A program made the translations under genes and the position numbers. Under the pieces are notes generated by a model. That model did not search any database and had not been told where the DNA came from. It saw nothing but the letters and a program-made list of their open reading frames with translations. A DNA stretch of 61,674 bases, filler included, from a bacterium (GTDB taxonomy: Bacteria > UBP15 > UBA6099 > JAJRTR01): the NCBI GenBank assembly GCA_024278215.1. It is 6 parts of 6 records of this genome, joined end to end, with 100 filler letters (N's around TTAATTAATTAA, not from the genome) between each part and the next. Parts side by side here need not be neighbours in the genome. Positions count along the whole stretch, not along the records: positions 11,979 to 23,722 come from JAJRTR010000139.1; positions 23,823 to 30,537 come from JAJRTR010000140.1; 4 more parts are not named here. One strand, given 5' to 3'. Below are positions 19,742 through 29,746 of the stretch, one piece after another (position 1 is the stretch's first letter; every line of letters starts with the position of its first letter).

Positions 19742-20623
19742 CTACTGGAGCAACTGCAACACACTCTGCGGCTGTGCGTTGGCCTGTGCGAGAATCGCCG
19801 TGCCGCTCTGCTGAAGTATCTGGAGCCTTGTGAACTCGCTGATCTCGACCGACATGTCCGCGTCGTAGATGCGGCTCTTTGCGGCGGAGATGTTGATGTC
19901 CTCTGCGGCCAGGTCGTCGATGATGTGATACAGGCGTCTTTCCTGAATACCGAGGTTGGCCCTCAGGTCCGATATCTGGTTGATCGCGCTCTGCACCTGG
20001 TCGATTGCGAACTGCGCGCTGGTTACAACATTCAGGTTGGCACGGTTGGAGCTGATCGCCTGGGCGGCGGTTCCCGCGCTGAGACCCAGGGCACTGACAC
20101 CCAGATTCGGTATGTTGATGGTCAGCCTGAAGTTGACGCCGTTGTCCGGACCGATCTGCAGGAGCTGGCCGTTGGCGGGGCTCCCATGGTCGCCGGAGAA
20201 AATTCCGCTGAACAGTACCTTCGTGTTGAATGTTACCGCGTGGGATTTTCTTTCGATTTCCGCCTTGAGGCTTGTCATCTCGTTGTCGAGCCTCTGAAGG
20301 TCTGCGCTTGTGAGAGTCGCCTCATTGCTGGCGCGGACCGCGAGGTCCCGCATCCTCATAAGGATGTCCTGCGTTTCGGCCAGTGAGCCGTCGGCAGTGT
20401 GGATCAGGTTGATTCCGTCTTCAGCATTTTGTGTCGCTGTGCGGATTCCGCCTATCTGCGCTTCCATCCCCTTGGCGATGGCAAGACCACTCGGATCGTC
20501 CGCGGCTTTGTTGATACGCAGCCCGGATGAGAGTCTTTCAAGTGATGTTTTCAGTCCGAGATTCGTCAGCCTCAGATTGTTGAGACCGATCATTGAAGAA
20601 ATGTTTGTGTTGATTACGCTCAT
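19742..20623 (-). CDS. fliC: Flagellin 4 (293 aa)
   Basis: MSVINTNISSM start after GGGAGG; conserved termini; most divergent C-terminal region of the four. Confidence 0.97.
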   Translation of the reverse strand: MSVINTNISSMIGLNNLRLTNLGLKTSLERLSSGLRINKAADDPSGLAIAKGMEAQIGGIRTATQNAEDGINLIHTADGSLAETQDILMRMRDLAVRASNEATLTSADLQRLDNEMTSLKAEIERKSHAVTFNTKVLFSGIFSGDHGSPANGQLLQIGPDNGVNFRLTINIPNLGVSALGLSAGTAAQAISSNRANLNVVTSAQFAIDQVQSAINQISDLRANLGIQERRLYHIIDDLAAEDINISAAKSRIYDADMSVEISEFTRLQILQQSGTAILAQANAQPQSVLQLLQ

Positions 20624-20649
20624 AGTAATCCTCCCTGATTGTGGTTTGT

Positions 20650-20665
20650 CGGACATCCATGTCCG
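20650..20665 (-). promoter_or_regulatory. GGA-loop hairpin (putative CsrA site), flagellin 4 leader
   Basis: mRNA CGGACA-UGGA-UGUCCG, containing ACAUGGAUGU. Confidence 0.7.
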
Positions 20666-20702
20666 CGTTTTCCGTGCCGTTCTCATTCGGCATCTATTTT
20701 CT

Positions 20703-20729
20703 ATATCGTCACGTTCGAGAAAGACTTTA
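20703..20729 (-). promoter_or_regulatory. Sigma28 (FliA/SigD) promoter of flagellin 4
   Basis: TAAA-N15-GACGATAT versus consensus TAAA-N15-GCCGATAA. Confidence 0.8.
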
Positions 20730-21015
20730 CACCCAGACCGAAATTTTCTGTTTCTATTGATTTTTTCGTTGTTATATATAAATTTATGGTAGTCATTATA
20801 TTTATATATTTGCGTGGCCCGGCCTGAAAATAGTTATACTGTTTACAGGCCCTGTGTCTTGTCGTGAAGCGCGACACTTCACTCCGTTCGGCATGCCGAC
20901 AATCTGTATGATAGAAGTGTATCATTCTGAGACGGTGCCGAAGAATCTACCGCTTATATGCGATAAACATGAAAAACTCACGATTTCGATATTTCCTCAT
21001 CTACGGGAGCATATT

Positions 21016-21456
21016 ATGGGAGATCAGTTTTCCAGAACGATCAGGTCTATAAGCGACGACTACGCCGACAAGACCGAAAGTGGAGTAACACCCGCGCGAA
21101 GAGTCGAAGGCAAGAAGGTGCGCAGGGACTCGAGCACAACCGACAGGGAACCCGGCAAACATGCAAATAATATGTATTCCGAGTTCAAACGACTTCCCGA
21201 CCCCGAGTTGTGGGATGTACTTATCGGTTCCGTCACCGAGTTCAACCGGCGTCAGGAGATGAGGGATTCTCCTTATGAAATCCGGGTCTGGGCGCAGAAC
21301 AACGGTATCCGTCTCCAGATGATTCACGAAGAAACGGGAGACCTTATCAAACAGACAAAGATAATCCCTTTCAAAGATATTACTGAAGCTGATCTCAACA
21401 ATATGATAAACGACCTGATAGGAGAGCGTGGAATTGTCATCGACGTTACTCGCTGA
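21016..21456 (+). CDS. FlaG-like flagellar protein (divergent)
   Basis: C-terminal LQMIHEETGDLIKQ...GIVIDVTR resembles FlaG; divergent from the flagellin array; GGGAG SD. Confidence 0.6.
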   Translation: MGDQFSRTIRSISDDYADKTESGVTPARRVEGKKVRRDSSTTDREPGKHANNMYSEFKRLPDPELWDVLIGSVTEFNRRQEMRDSPYEIRVWAQNNGIRLQMIHEETGDLIKQTKIIPFKDITEADLNNMINDLIGERGIVIDVTR

Positions 21457-21555
21457 ATGCTTTTAACACGCACTTTCTTTTCAAACAACACATTCTCATA
21501 GCAGCCCTTTAACCGCATGGCACACAGATGAATATGATCGGAGAAATAACTCGAT

Positions 21556-22632
21556 ATGCCTTTCAGATTCGTAAAAAAGAATCCCGACACAATCGGAAAA
21601 CTTTATAAGATCGGCATTTATATCGGTGTGCCCGGACTCGGCGATCTGCTCTTTATTATCCCGCTTTTCCGCGCATTCAGACAGGCGCATCCCGATGCCG
21701 AGATCGTTTTCATAGGCAAACTTCTCCACAACTATGTCCGACCGGTCTTCGACAGTTGCACCTATATCGACCGCCTGCTCGATTACCATTTCTACGAGAC
21801 GCGCTCTCTGAAAACTCATATCGGCTTCATACGCGAACTCAGGCAAGAGAAATTCAATCTTATTGTGGACACCCAGCGAAAGTTCGTTCCTTCTATGTTC
21901 CTTTCCCTGGGCGGCCCGAGGTTTATTGTCGGCTACAGTTCGCGTGGTGTGTTCTCAGATTTTATTGTTGATACGCACGACCGCAATAAACGGCACACCA
22001 GCGATCTGTCCCTCGACCTCGCAAGGGCCGTGGGCATCGACAATCCGAATGTCGAACTCGAGATCACCATTCCGGATGAGAACACCGCTTATGCCGCTCG
22101 ATTCTTCTCGGAGAACGACATATCCGAGACCGGCCTGCTTGCGGGCATGATCCCCTCGGCAGGCCACCACTCCCGAAACTGGAAGGCCGATAGTTTCGCG
22201 CAACTCGCCGACAGACTTTACGAAGAATCAGGCTGCAAGATCATCTTTTTCGGGGCGGATGCCGACAGGGAAATCATCGAAAATATAATAGGAAAGATGT
22301 CCGCACCCGCGCTGGTCGAGGACTTCAATAGAAAATCGATACTCGACTCCGCCGCACTCATGGCACGTTGCAATGTGATCGTCGGCAACGACTCGGGACC
22401 GCTTCATGTCGCCGACGCCGCCGGCGTACCTTGCGTCGGCATCTACGGCCCCACCCTTCCCGAGCGCTTCGGGCTGCTCGGCCCCGAAACAACGGAAATA
22501 TGTCTCTACACCGACTGTGCCCCCTGCTCGGTACCCGAATGTAAACACCGCAGGTGTCTCGACGATATCACGGTCGACCAGGTCTGCACCGCCGCGCGGC
22601 GGCTCATCGGGAATAACTCGACCGCCAGGTGA
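21556..22632 (+). CDS. Glycosyltransferase family 9 (LPS heptosyltransferase-like)
   Basis: GLGDLL, RNW..SF..LA, VGNDSGPLHVA.A.GVP.VGIYGPT, CAPC...C...CL. Confidence 0.9.
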   Translation: MPFRFVKKNPDTIGKLYKIGIYIGVPGLGDLLFIIPLFRAFRQAHPDAEIVFIGKLLHNYVRPVFDSCTYIDRLLDYHFYETRSLKTHIGFIRELRQEKFNLIVDTQRKFVPSMFLSLGGPRFIVGYSSRGVFSDFIVDTHDRNKRHTSDLSLDLARAVGIDNPNVELEITIPDENTAYAARFFSENDISETGLLAGMIPSAGHHSRNWKADSFAQLADRLYEESGCKIIFFGADADREIIENIIGKMSAPALVEDFNRKSILDSAALMARCNVIVGNDSGPLHVADAAGVPCVGIYGPTLPERFGLLGPETTEICLYTDCAPCSVPECKHRRCLDDITVDQVCTAARRLIGNNSTAR

Positions 22633-22638
22633 GCCGCC

Positions 22639-22708
22639 CGCCGCCGCAACGGGCGTAGAATAGGCGTTCTCCCGATTTTCCGGGTTTCTCTGTGAGAAAT
22701 CCGGGATA
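22639..22708 (-). mobile_element. Partial family B element
   Basis: CGCCGCAACG..GTAGAATAGGCGTT...CCGGGTTTCTCTGTGAGAAATCCGGGATA. Confidence 0.75.
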
Positions 22709-22719
22709 AAAATGGACAC

Positions 22720-22750
22720 AAAAAAAGGACCCCTTTCGGGCTCCTTTTTT
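22720..22750. terminator. Bidirectional terminator between convergent genes
   Basis: A7-GGACCCC-TTTC-GGGCTCC-T6. Confidence 0.7.
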
Positions 22751-22779
22751 CTGTTGGTTGCGTAATATTTGTGTCGGGG

Positions 22780-23722
22780 TCAGTCGAACACGAGTTCCAG
22801 CGGGCTTCTGTCGCCTGTATTGAAAGCATATTCTTTTGCGAAGACACCGGGCAGGATGTTCGAGCAATAGAACTGTGCTGTTTTGATTTTGTTGTGATAG
22901 AAAGCAGCTTCCGAACTGTCCTTTAGGACTTCTTTTTTCTTGTCGTCGTCCGAGGCACCTTTTTCATCGAATATGGCGGTCAGTTTCGCGTCCGCGATGG
23001 CGGCCTGTTCGAGCAGGATGTAGCTGCACACTATTTCGGCGAAGAGTTCGAGGAACGGTGTAGCGTAAAGGATGGGGTAGTAGGGGTCTTCTTTGCCCAT
23101 TTTGCCGAGTTTGGCCGTGATGCCGGCAAATTTGTTTCTTGCCTCCTCGAGAATCGCAATGCTGGCACCGAGTGCTTCACTTTCTTTATGCTTCATCATG
23201 AAAGCGTTGAGCTCCATGAGATAGCTCATCAGCACCATGCCACCCTTCATGCCGATCTTGCGTCCGAGAAGGTCGAGTGCCTGGATTCCGTTTGTTCCTT
23301 CGTATATCGAGCAGATTTTCACGTCGCGCATATACTGCTCGAGCGGGTATTCGGCGCAGTAGCCGTATCCGCCAAGCACCTGAATACCGATTTCGGTTGT
23401 CTTGAAAGCCACGTCCGAGCAATATGCTTTACATATCGGGGTAAGAAGTTCGAGGAATGCCTGAGCTTCCTTTTTTGTTTTCTCGTCCGTGCTGTGTAAT
23501 GCGAAATCAGCATAGTAGGCAGCCTTATAGAGAAGCCCGCGGCTGGCTTCGACGTAAGCTTTCATCGTCATGAGATTGCGGCGCACGTCGGGATGCTTGA
23601 TTATGGCGACGCGCGGCGCGTTCGGGTCCTTCATATTCAGGATGTCGACGCCCTGGATGCGGTCTTTCGCATAGTCGAGGGCTTCGTTGTAAGCGGCGGC
23701 GGCCTGTGAGAGCGACTGGAGC
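22780..23722 (-). CDS. Acyl-CoA dehydrogenase, C-terminal part (5' lost at the contig end)
   Basis: IIKHPDVRR, TPICKAY, IQVLGGYGY..EYPLEQYMRD.KI..IYEGTNGIQALDLLGRK. Confidence 0.93.
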
Positions 23723-23822
23723 NNNNNNNNNNNNNNNNNNNNNNNNNNNNNNNNNNNNNNNNNNNNTTAATTAATTAANNNNNNNNNNNNNNNNNNNNNN
23801 NNNNNNNNNNNNNNNNNNNNNN
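23723..23822. other. Artificial contig linker
   Basis: N-run with TTAATTAATTAA. Confidence 0.98.
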
Positions 23823-24650
23823 CGGATCGTAGGGATGATGCACGTCATAGCTGTGCAGGAAGAGAAAGAACTTTCCCGCGGGTTTCGCAGTGAGCCATTG
23901 TTTCGCTTTGGGCCAGATCGTTTTGAAGCCGCCGCCCGCATCGTCGTAGATGTCGAACCCCTGCGAAAAACCGAAGAACCGGCTGATCTGCGCACCGCCT
24001 GTAAAGCCGGCGGTCCGGTAGCCCTCGAACTTGAGGGTTTCAGTTATCATACGCGCGGATGCCGGAGCGGGATGATAGGACTTGTACTGCGCCGTGTGCG
24101 CACCGGGGTTGAGTCCTGTGAACATAGTCGTGTGAGAAATGAGAGTCGCCGGGGCCGCGCTGTATGCCTTTTCAAACAGGACGCTGCGCGATGCGAGCGC
24201 ATCTATCGATGGGCTTGTCTCGCGGTTATATCCGTAGGTGCCAAGGTTGTCGGCGCGCAGAGTGTCGATGCTGATAAGCACCAGATTGCAGTCCCTGCAC
24301 CAGCCGGAAGCAGTGTCCGATTCGCACGCCCGGTTCGCAATCGGATATTCGATTTTAAAAGTTAATTCGTTATAGACAACCATTACAGCGGCTAATGTGA
24401 GAGGCAACAACAATACAGCCGTGCGTACAACCTTCGAGCTTGCGGCAACGGCGATAAACCAGAGTACGCCAACCACAACACTCGGCAGGAACAACCCTTC
24501 GACTACAATACCGCGCCCGAAAAAGTTTATCGCGAACGGATCGCTTCTCGTCAGCATAAATTTTACGAACGCAATGGAGACAAGGGCAATGAGTGTCGGT
24601 GTCGTCAGCCGCGCGACCAGACTGTAGTTGGTTTCTTCATTTCGCGTCAA
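23823..24650 (-). CDS. Membrane-anchored sulfatase-family hydrolase, 3'-truncated
   Basis: Three N-terminal TM helices, then NLVLISIDTLRAD.LG.YGY, TLISHTTMFTG, FFLFLHSYDVH.PY. Confidence 0.85.
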
Positions 24651-25075
24651 ATAATACTCCAGCTTGTTTATTCCCTAACCCGGCGCAGCCGGGAACCAAA
24701 AAGTCGCATTTTCGTGCCCAAACAAATGCGGTTTGAGCACGGCACACAGGGTTTCATCGTTTACACAGTCATCGCACTCACACTTGTCCACACCGGTTTT
24801 TCATCGTTCCTGGGTTCCGACCCGGAACGCAGGGGCTGAACACTCCGTGTTCACCTTATCATCTGCATCTGCTTAGCGACAACATGTTGTCGCTTACGGC
24901 GCGATACTGATATTATAGCAGAAAACCTGAATAGAAAAACGAGGCGATTCTCTCCCTCCGTTTTTTTTCTTCAAAACAATTCACCGGGAAACAAATCATT
25001 CGGAACAAATTATGGTAGAATCTATATGGTGATAATTCGATCGGCATAATGAGAAAAACCTGTGGGAGGAAAACT

Positions 25076-26164
25076 ATGGGGAAAGAAAGATACTTGACAG
25101 CATTGAAAAACGAGCAGCCGGATATGGTTCCGATATGGGACCTCGGCATAAACGAACCCAGTATAATCAATATAGCGAAACATTTCACCGATGACCTGCC
25201 CCCCCTGAAGATGGTCCATGAGATGGCGCCCGACGAACTGATGAAAATGCTTCAAACTCTGATGCTGATTGTCGACGAACTCGACTTCGACGGCGTAACA
25301 ATGCCCATGTTCCTCGGCAGGGAAATTGTCGGCGAAAATCTCGTCAGGGACAGGATGGGAGTCGTCTCGCAGGTCTCGCCACACGGAGAACCTGTCGTGA
25401 TGGAGGGACCGATAAAAACGAAATCCGATTTGAAATCATACCGACCGCCGTTGCCCAACGCATCGAGTTTCATAGGCCTGCAACTGGCGAAAGCGCACAT
25501 CCGTGACAGCAAAGCGCTGGTGTTTCAGCTTTCGGGAACATTCAAATTCAGCTGGGCGGTGCGCGGCGGGATGCAGAATCTTTTCATGGACTACTTCGAC
25601 GACCCGCCATTCGTGCATGAGCTTGCGAATATTGTCACCGATTTTCTCATAGCGGCCTTTGAAGGCGCGGTGGAAGCCGGCGCGGACGCTGTGGTGCTGG
25701 ACGGCGACCTCGCCATGAACGAGACAACTCTGATGTCGCCGAATCAGTACCGGGAATTCATCAAACCTTATCACGAAAAGATCGTGCGGGCGGTTCACAA
25801 CAAGGGAAGCCTGATAATAAAACACTCGGACGGTAACCTCTGGCCGATAATCGACGACCTGCTCGAGATCGGCATCGACGGCATACACCCGATCCAGCCG
25901 CAGAGCATGGACATCGCTGAAGTAAAATCGAAGATAGGCGCGAAAGTGTGTCTTCTGGGCAACATCGACTGCCAGGAACTCCTTTGCGACGAAACGCCCG
26001 AAAAAGTCGAGCAAGTCGTCAAGGAAACCATCCGAGTCGCGGCGCCCGGCGGCGGCTACATACTTTCCAGTTCGAACACCATCCACCCCGACGTCAAAGC
26101 GGAAAACGCGATAGCCATGTTCCGCGCCGCCCGCAAATACGGCACCTACCCGATCAGCCTGTAG
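25076..26164 (+). CDS. Uroporphyrinogen decarboxylase family (MtaA/CmuA-like) protein
   Basis: KHSDGN, GIDGIHPIQP, LGNIDC, GGGYILSSSNTIHPDV; GGGAGG SD. Confidence 0.88.
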   Translation: MGKERYLTALKNEQPDMVPIWDLGINEPSIINIAKHFTDDLPPLKMVHEMAPDELMKMLQTLMLIVDELDFDGVTMPMFLGREIVGENLVRDRMGVVSQVSPHGEPVVMEGPIKTKSDLKSYRPPLPNASSFIGLQLAKAHIRDSKALVFQLSGTFKFSWAVRGGMQNLFMDYFDDPPFVHELANIVTDFLIAAFEGAVEAGADAVVLDGDLAMNETTLMSPNQYREFIKPYHEKIVRAVHNKGSLIIKHSDGNLWPIIDDLLEIGIDGIHPIQPQSMDIAEVKSKIGAKVCLLGNIDCQELLCDETPEKVEQVVKETIRVAAPGGGYILSSSNTIHPDVKAENAIAMFRAARKYGTYPISL

Positions 26165-26183
26165 TGTCGTATCAACTTTGTAT

Positions 26184-26291
26184 TGAGGGGGCATACTGCA
26201 GGTAGTGTGACCGATCCCGAATCGCCGCCGCAACGCAGTAGAACAGGCGTTATCGCGATTTTCCGGATTTCTTTGTGAGAAATCCGGGTTA
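26184..26291 (-). mobile_element. Partial family B element
   Basis: GCATACTGCAGGTA.TGTGACCGATCCCGAATCGCCG...AATCCGGGTTA, nearly identical to 14045-14151. Confidence 0.85.
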
Positions 26292-26620
26292 ATGATGGGC
26301 ACCGGAGTATCCGAAATTCGCGTTTCACCTTCAGAGAATGTTCCTCGTTCCCAAGGTCCACTTTGGGAACTCCGAAACTGAAATCTCCAGCTTTCACCCG
26401 AATAACGCAGAAGAATAAATATTGCAGACACTCCGTTTCACCCATTAATATAAGTGGTATATAAAAGATAAGAGCATTATTATAAGCGCCGTAAACAGCG
26501 CGGCAGCCGGGGAATAAGAACAGACGAGAGAACACACAAATCCGTCGGCACATCGGGGCAAACGGTCCGCAAACCGGATCATGAATCGTAACTACAGCAG
26601 CTCTTAATCTGTACTGGAGC

Positions 26621-27334
26621 GTGATGGCCATGTCGACTTATATGCCTCAGAAATACAATGCGATTCGCGGCAACTGTTTTATCGTGAAACGCAGCAAAAG
26701 TCCGTATTATGAAGAAGAAATATTAGAATACTTACCTCGAACAAAAAGAAAGAAAAAAAGGAATGAATATATTTCGGACATACTGGCAAATATTGTCATA
26801 GGCCTGATATTTGTCGGTGTCGCCGCATGGGCGTTCCCGATTGCATTTTCAAGGACTGCCGTGGAGATAGAAAGATTGCGCAGTGTTGTAGGACCGGGTA
26901 TCGAGAGAGCCGCCGCGGCTACTATACCCGTTTCAAACGATGTAACCGAACAGGCATCGCTCCCGGCGGTCGGAGGCGATGCAAAACAAGAAACAAAGAA
27001 CCGCTTTATTGCGCTTCCGCAATCTATCGCTCGTGAAATATTCAGAGAGCAGGCTTTCGGCAAACCATCGGCTGGCGCAGTGACTGCAAGTGAGGCGACG
27101 ACCGGCAACAGGTCGGCAAGACCGACCGCCGCGAACAATACCGCCATCATCGTCGTCCCCGGAATTTCAGGCATAGCCTGCTCCGGCGAACATGTTTGTT
27201 CGGTAATAATCGACAACACCATTTATCGTGTCGACGATGTCATCGGCAACGCGATAATTGAAGATATTACAGAACGCCGTGTGCTTCTCAGAAGCATTGC
27301 GGACCCCTCGAAAAAATACTATATGGGCATATAG
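26621..27334 (+). CDS. Bitopic membrane protein with a C-terminal GspB/MshK-like beta domain
   Basis: One TM helix, Ala/Thr linker, ISGIA....SVIIDNTIYRVDDVIGNAIIEDITERRVLL; exact start uncertain. Confidence 0.55.
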   Translation: MMAMSTYMPQKYNAIRGNCFIVKRSKSPYYEEEILEYLPRTKRKKKRNEYISDILANIVIGLIFVGVAAWAFPIAFSRTAVEIERLRSVVGPGIERAAAATIPVSNDVTEQASLPAVGGDAKQETKNRFIALPQSIAREIFREQAFGKPSAGAVTASEATTGNRSARPTAANNTAIIVVPGISGIACSGEHVCSVIIDNTIYRVDDVIGNAIIEDITERRVLLRSIADPSKKYYMGI

Positions 27335-27372
27335 CGTCTGAACGAAAACCTGCTCCGTAAAGCCGGGGTTCG

Positions 27373-27425
27373 GGTAAAGAACAGAACTCTTGAAATAACA
27401 TGCTCAAAAGAAAGAATACTTTAAC
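27373..27425 (+). repeat. Family D repeat (other copy at 7289-7340)
   Basis: See 7289-7340. Confidence 0.6.
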
Positions 27426-27537
27426 TTCATGGCACATATCGGGGTTTGGGTTCAGGATAAAAGACTGTTCAACGTTCCCACCCTTGCATGGGAACGCATG
27501 AAGCCGGAAGCGCCGGCTTCCGCAATAAAGTTTTAGC

Positions 27538-27716
27538 GAGCCAGTTGCAAAATTATGTTCGAAGCGAGGTCGAGCGAAATTGGTCGGAAGCAAGGCGGAG
27601 GTGCAAAATCCCCGCAGGTGTACTTGTAAAGTACGTCGAGGATGATTTTGTGCCGACAACGCAACTGTTGACAATTGCAGCCGACCGTAACCGAATCAGA
27701 ATTTTGCAATTGGCTC
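27538..27716 (+). mobile_element. Full-length family A MITE-like element (179 bp, ~20-bp TIRs)
   Basis: GAGCCAGTTGCAAAATTATG ... CAGAATTTTGCAATTGGCTC; central GTAC-N-GTAC hairpin; no transposase. Confidence 0.9.
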
Positions 27717-27981
27717 TAACGACAATATATTTTCGCTAACGGTAAAATTCACAATCAAAAAAACATGCAACCTGCATAACCCCGGGATGAGGACCAGGTT
27801 GCTTTTGTCCGGCCAGCACACTCTCTTGTTGCTGGTCGGATGATACTGTGTTGACTTCCACCTGAGCGAGCCCTTGAGCTTGGCATCGTGTTTTATCTTT
27901 CTCCTGACACGATGTCGTCTTTATATTTCTACATGTTGCGCTCTTCCTGTTTTTCGAGGCTTTCCGGTCAAATGTCCGGAT

Positions 27982-28143
27982 TCACCCGACTACCAACACC
28001 ATCGCCATGATTAATACAAGAGCAGAGAATATGAAGATGCCTATAAACATATCAAGACGCCTGACAATAACATCTTCCAATTCATATTCAGTTCTTCCGA
28101 AACTACTACCGTATAACGCCTTTTTCCCTGCTGAATTTCTCAT
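27982..28143 (-). CDS. Possible small membrane protein (53 aa)
   Basis: MRNSAGKKALYGSSFGRTEYELEDVIVRRLDMFIGIFIFSALVLIMAMVLVVG has a clean C-terminal TM helix; SD is weak. Confidence 0.4.
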   Translation of the reverse strand: MRNSAGKKALYGSSFGRTEYELEDVIVRRLDMFIGIFIFSALVLIMAMVLVVG

Positions 28144-28469
28144 AATCCCGGCTTGCTTCAATCATTTTTTTATCTTCTTTAGTCGTATTATTTATGTGAG
28201 TTGCTGTACCGACTTCACATTCCCCCACACATTGATCACCCTGTAGTTATATGATACTCGTTCTCTCGAAGAAAATATGTAGTGCAAAACAGGATGATAG
28301 TGTAGTTTCTACACTGAAACATTGTAGTGAAATCCCGTACAGAACATCTTCGCATATCGGTTTTTGTAAATTTTCGTTCAGCCGCTATATAATATAGATG
28401 GTTTTTACAGATAATCTTTAACCAATGCTTAACAACTGAGTCATAAGGGTGTGAGGGCCGGAAAGAAAG

Positions 28470-29012
28470 ATGCCGGAAGACAGCATATTACTTGAGAAGG
28501 TCGAAGCCGGTGACAGAGGTGCTTTTGATGCGCTTGTGCATAAATATCAGCGTGAAATATACTTTCTTGCGCTGAGGTTTGTCAAAAACCCTGAAGATGC
28601 GGAGGAGATCACACAACAGGCGTTTGCAAAAGCTTTCGAGAAACTGTCGGGGTTCAGGGGAGACGCGAGTTTCAAAACATGGCTCTACCAGGTAGCGATG
28701 AACCAGAGCCGGTCGTTCCTCAGAAAACGCAGACCCGTGCTCGAGTTGAACGAAGAGGTGGCTCAGAAACCGGCACCGGAAGAATCGCCGCTCGGCAGAT
28801 TTATTAAAAGCGAAGCAGCACTCGAAGCAGTGGAATTGATCGAGGAACTGCCTGAAAAACAGAGAAATGTTGTCACGCTCCGGATACTGCACGAACTGAG
28901 CTACAGGGAAATAGGCAAGATAGTTGATTGCACGGAACAGACGGCGAAGGTGAACTTTCATTACGGGATAGAAAACCTGAGGAAGAAGATGAAGAAGAAT
29001 GGGCTCGTGTGA
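28470..29012 (+). CDS. ECF sigma-70 family sigma factor
   Basis: GDRGAFDALV, DAEEITQQAF, FKTWLYQVAMN, LSYREI region 4. Confidence 0.93.
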   Translation: MPEDSILLEKVEAGDRGAFDALVHKYQREIYFLALRFVKNPEDAEEITQQAFAKAFEKLSGFRGDASFKTWLYQVAMNQSRSFLRKRRPVLELNEEVAQKPAPEESPLGRFIKSEAALEAVELIEELPEKQRNVVTLRILHELSYREIGKIVDCTEQTAKVNFHYGIENLRKKMKKNGLV

Positions 29013-29733
29013 GAACTACAGGTTTATGATAACGGAATATGTCGACGGGTCGCTTCCGTATGCCGCCGTGGGTGCGCTCGAGGAGCATATACGCGAGTGC
29101 GCCGAATGCCGCCGCGCGGTGGAAGAAACAAGGGCCGTGATAGACATAGTCGGAAGCATCGATATGCCCGCGGCGTCCGCAGAGTTTGAGAACAGCCTGG
29201 CCGACAGGATTTTCGATAGTCTTAAAGAGAAAAACATGGAGCCGGTGGAATCGGGCCGTGTATATGAATTCAGCAGTCGGACAACCGGCTGGAAAGCAAT
29301 TGCGGCGCTTGCGGCGATGCTTATTCTCGCTGTGGGCTTCATTGCGACAAGACATACGCGACAGCAGAGCGGTCCGGCGTTGTCCGAATCGCCTAAGAAT
29401 GCGCAAACAGAGGATGTGAAGCTTGAAGCGCTCACCAATGACGAACTGTCGCTCGCTCTCGAACTTGCCCTTGCGCAGATCGAGGCAGATCCGTCACAAT
29501 TTGAAAATATCGAGCTTGAAATAGCCTGGAAAGACATTGTACCAGGCGAAACGGATATGACGTCCGAAGATTACTCATGGCTCGATGAAACCATCAGCCG
29601 GACAGCAGCGACAGACGACAGTATTTTTATTTTGCTCGAATCAGTCACCGAGGATGAGGCTGAAAACATCCTCGACAGCATGGATGATATGGAAAAAGAA
29701 TTAAGAACATCCGCACCACGGATTGTTTCGTAA
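28999..29733 (+). CDS. Zinc-finger (HxxxCxxC) anti-sigma factor
   Basis: HIRECAEC motif, single TM helix, overlaps the sigma gene. Confidence 0.85.
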   Translation: MGSCENYRFMITEYVDGSLPYAAVGALEEHIRECAECRRAVEETRAVIDIVGSIDMPAASAEFENSLADRIFDSLKEKNMEPVESGRVYEFSSRTTGWKAIAALAAMLILAVGFIATRHTRQQSGPALSESPKNAQTEDVKLEALTNDELSLALELALAQIEADPSQFENIELEIAWKDIVPGETDMTSEDYSWLDETISRTAATDDSIFILLESVTEDEAENILDSMDDMEKELRTSAPRIVS

Positions 29734-29746
29734 GGAGAGCAGAAAA

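Noticed and set aside
14427-20623. Diversity-generating retroelement or invertase-based flagellin switch
   Set aside because: Differences are not adenine-specific, there is no reverse transcriptase or recombinase nearby, and all copies are intact and co-oriented
26553-26640. Possible c-di-GMP-I riboswitch (GGCAAAC...CTAC...TAA...ATGGC) before the GspB/MshK-like gene
   Set aside because: Lacks the GNRA-capped P2 and the GACGCAAA junction; the resemblance is too partial without an Infernal scan
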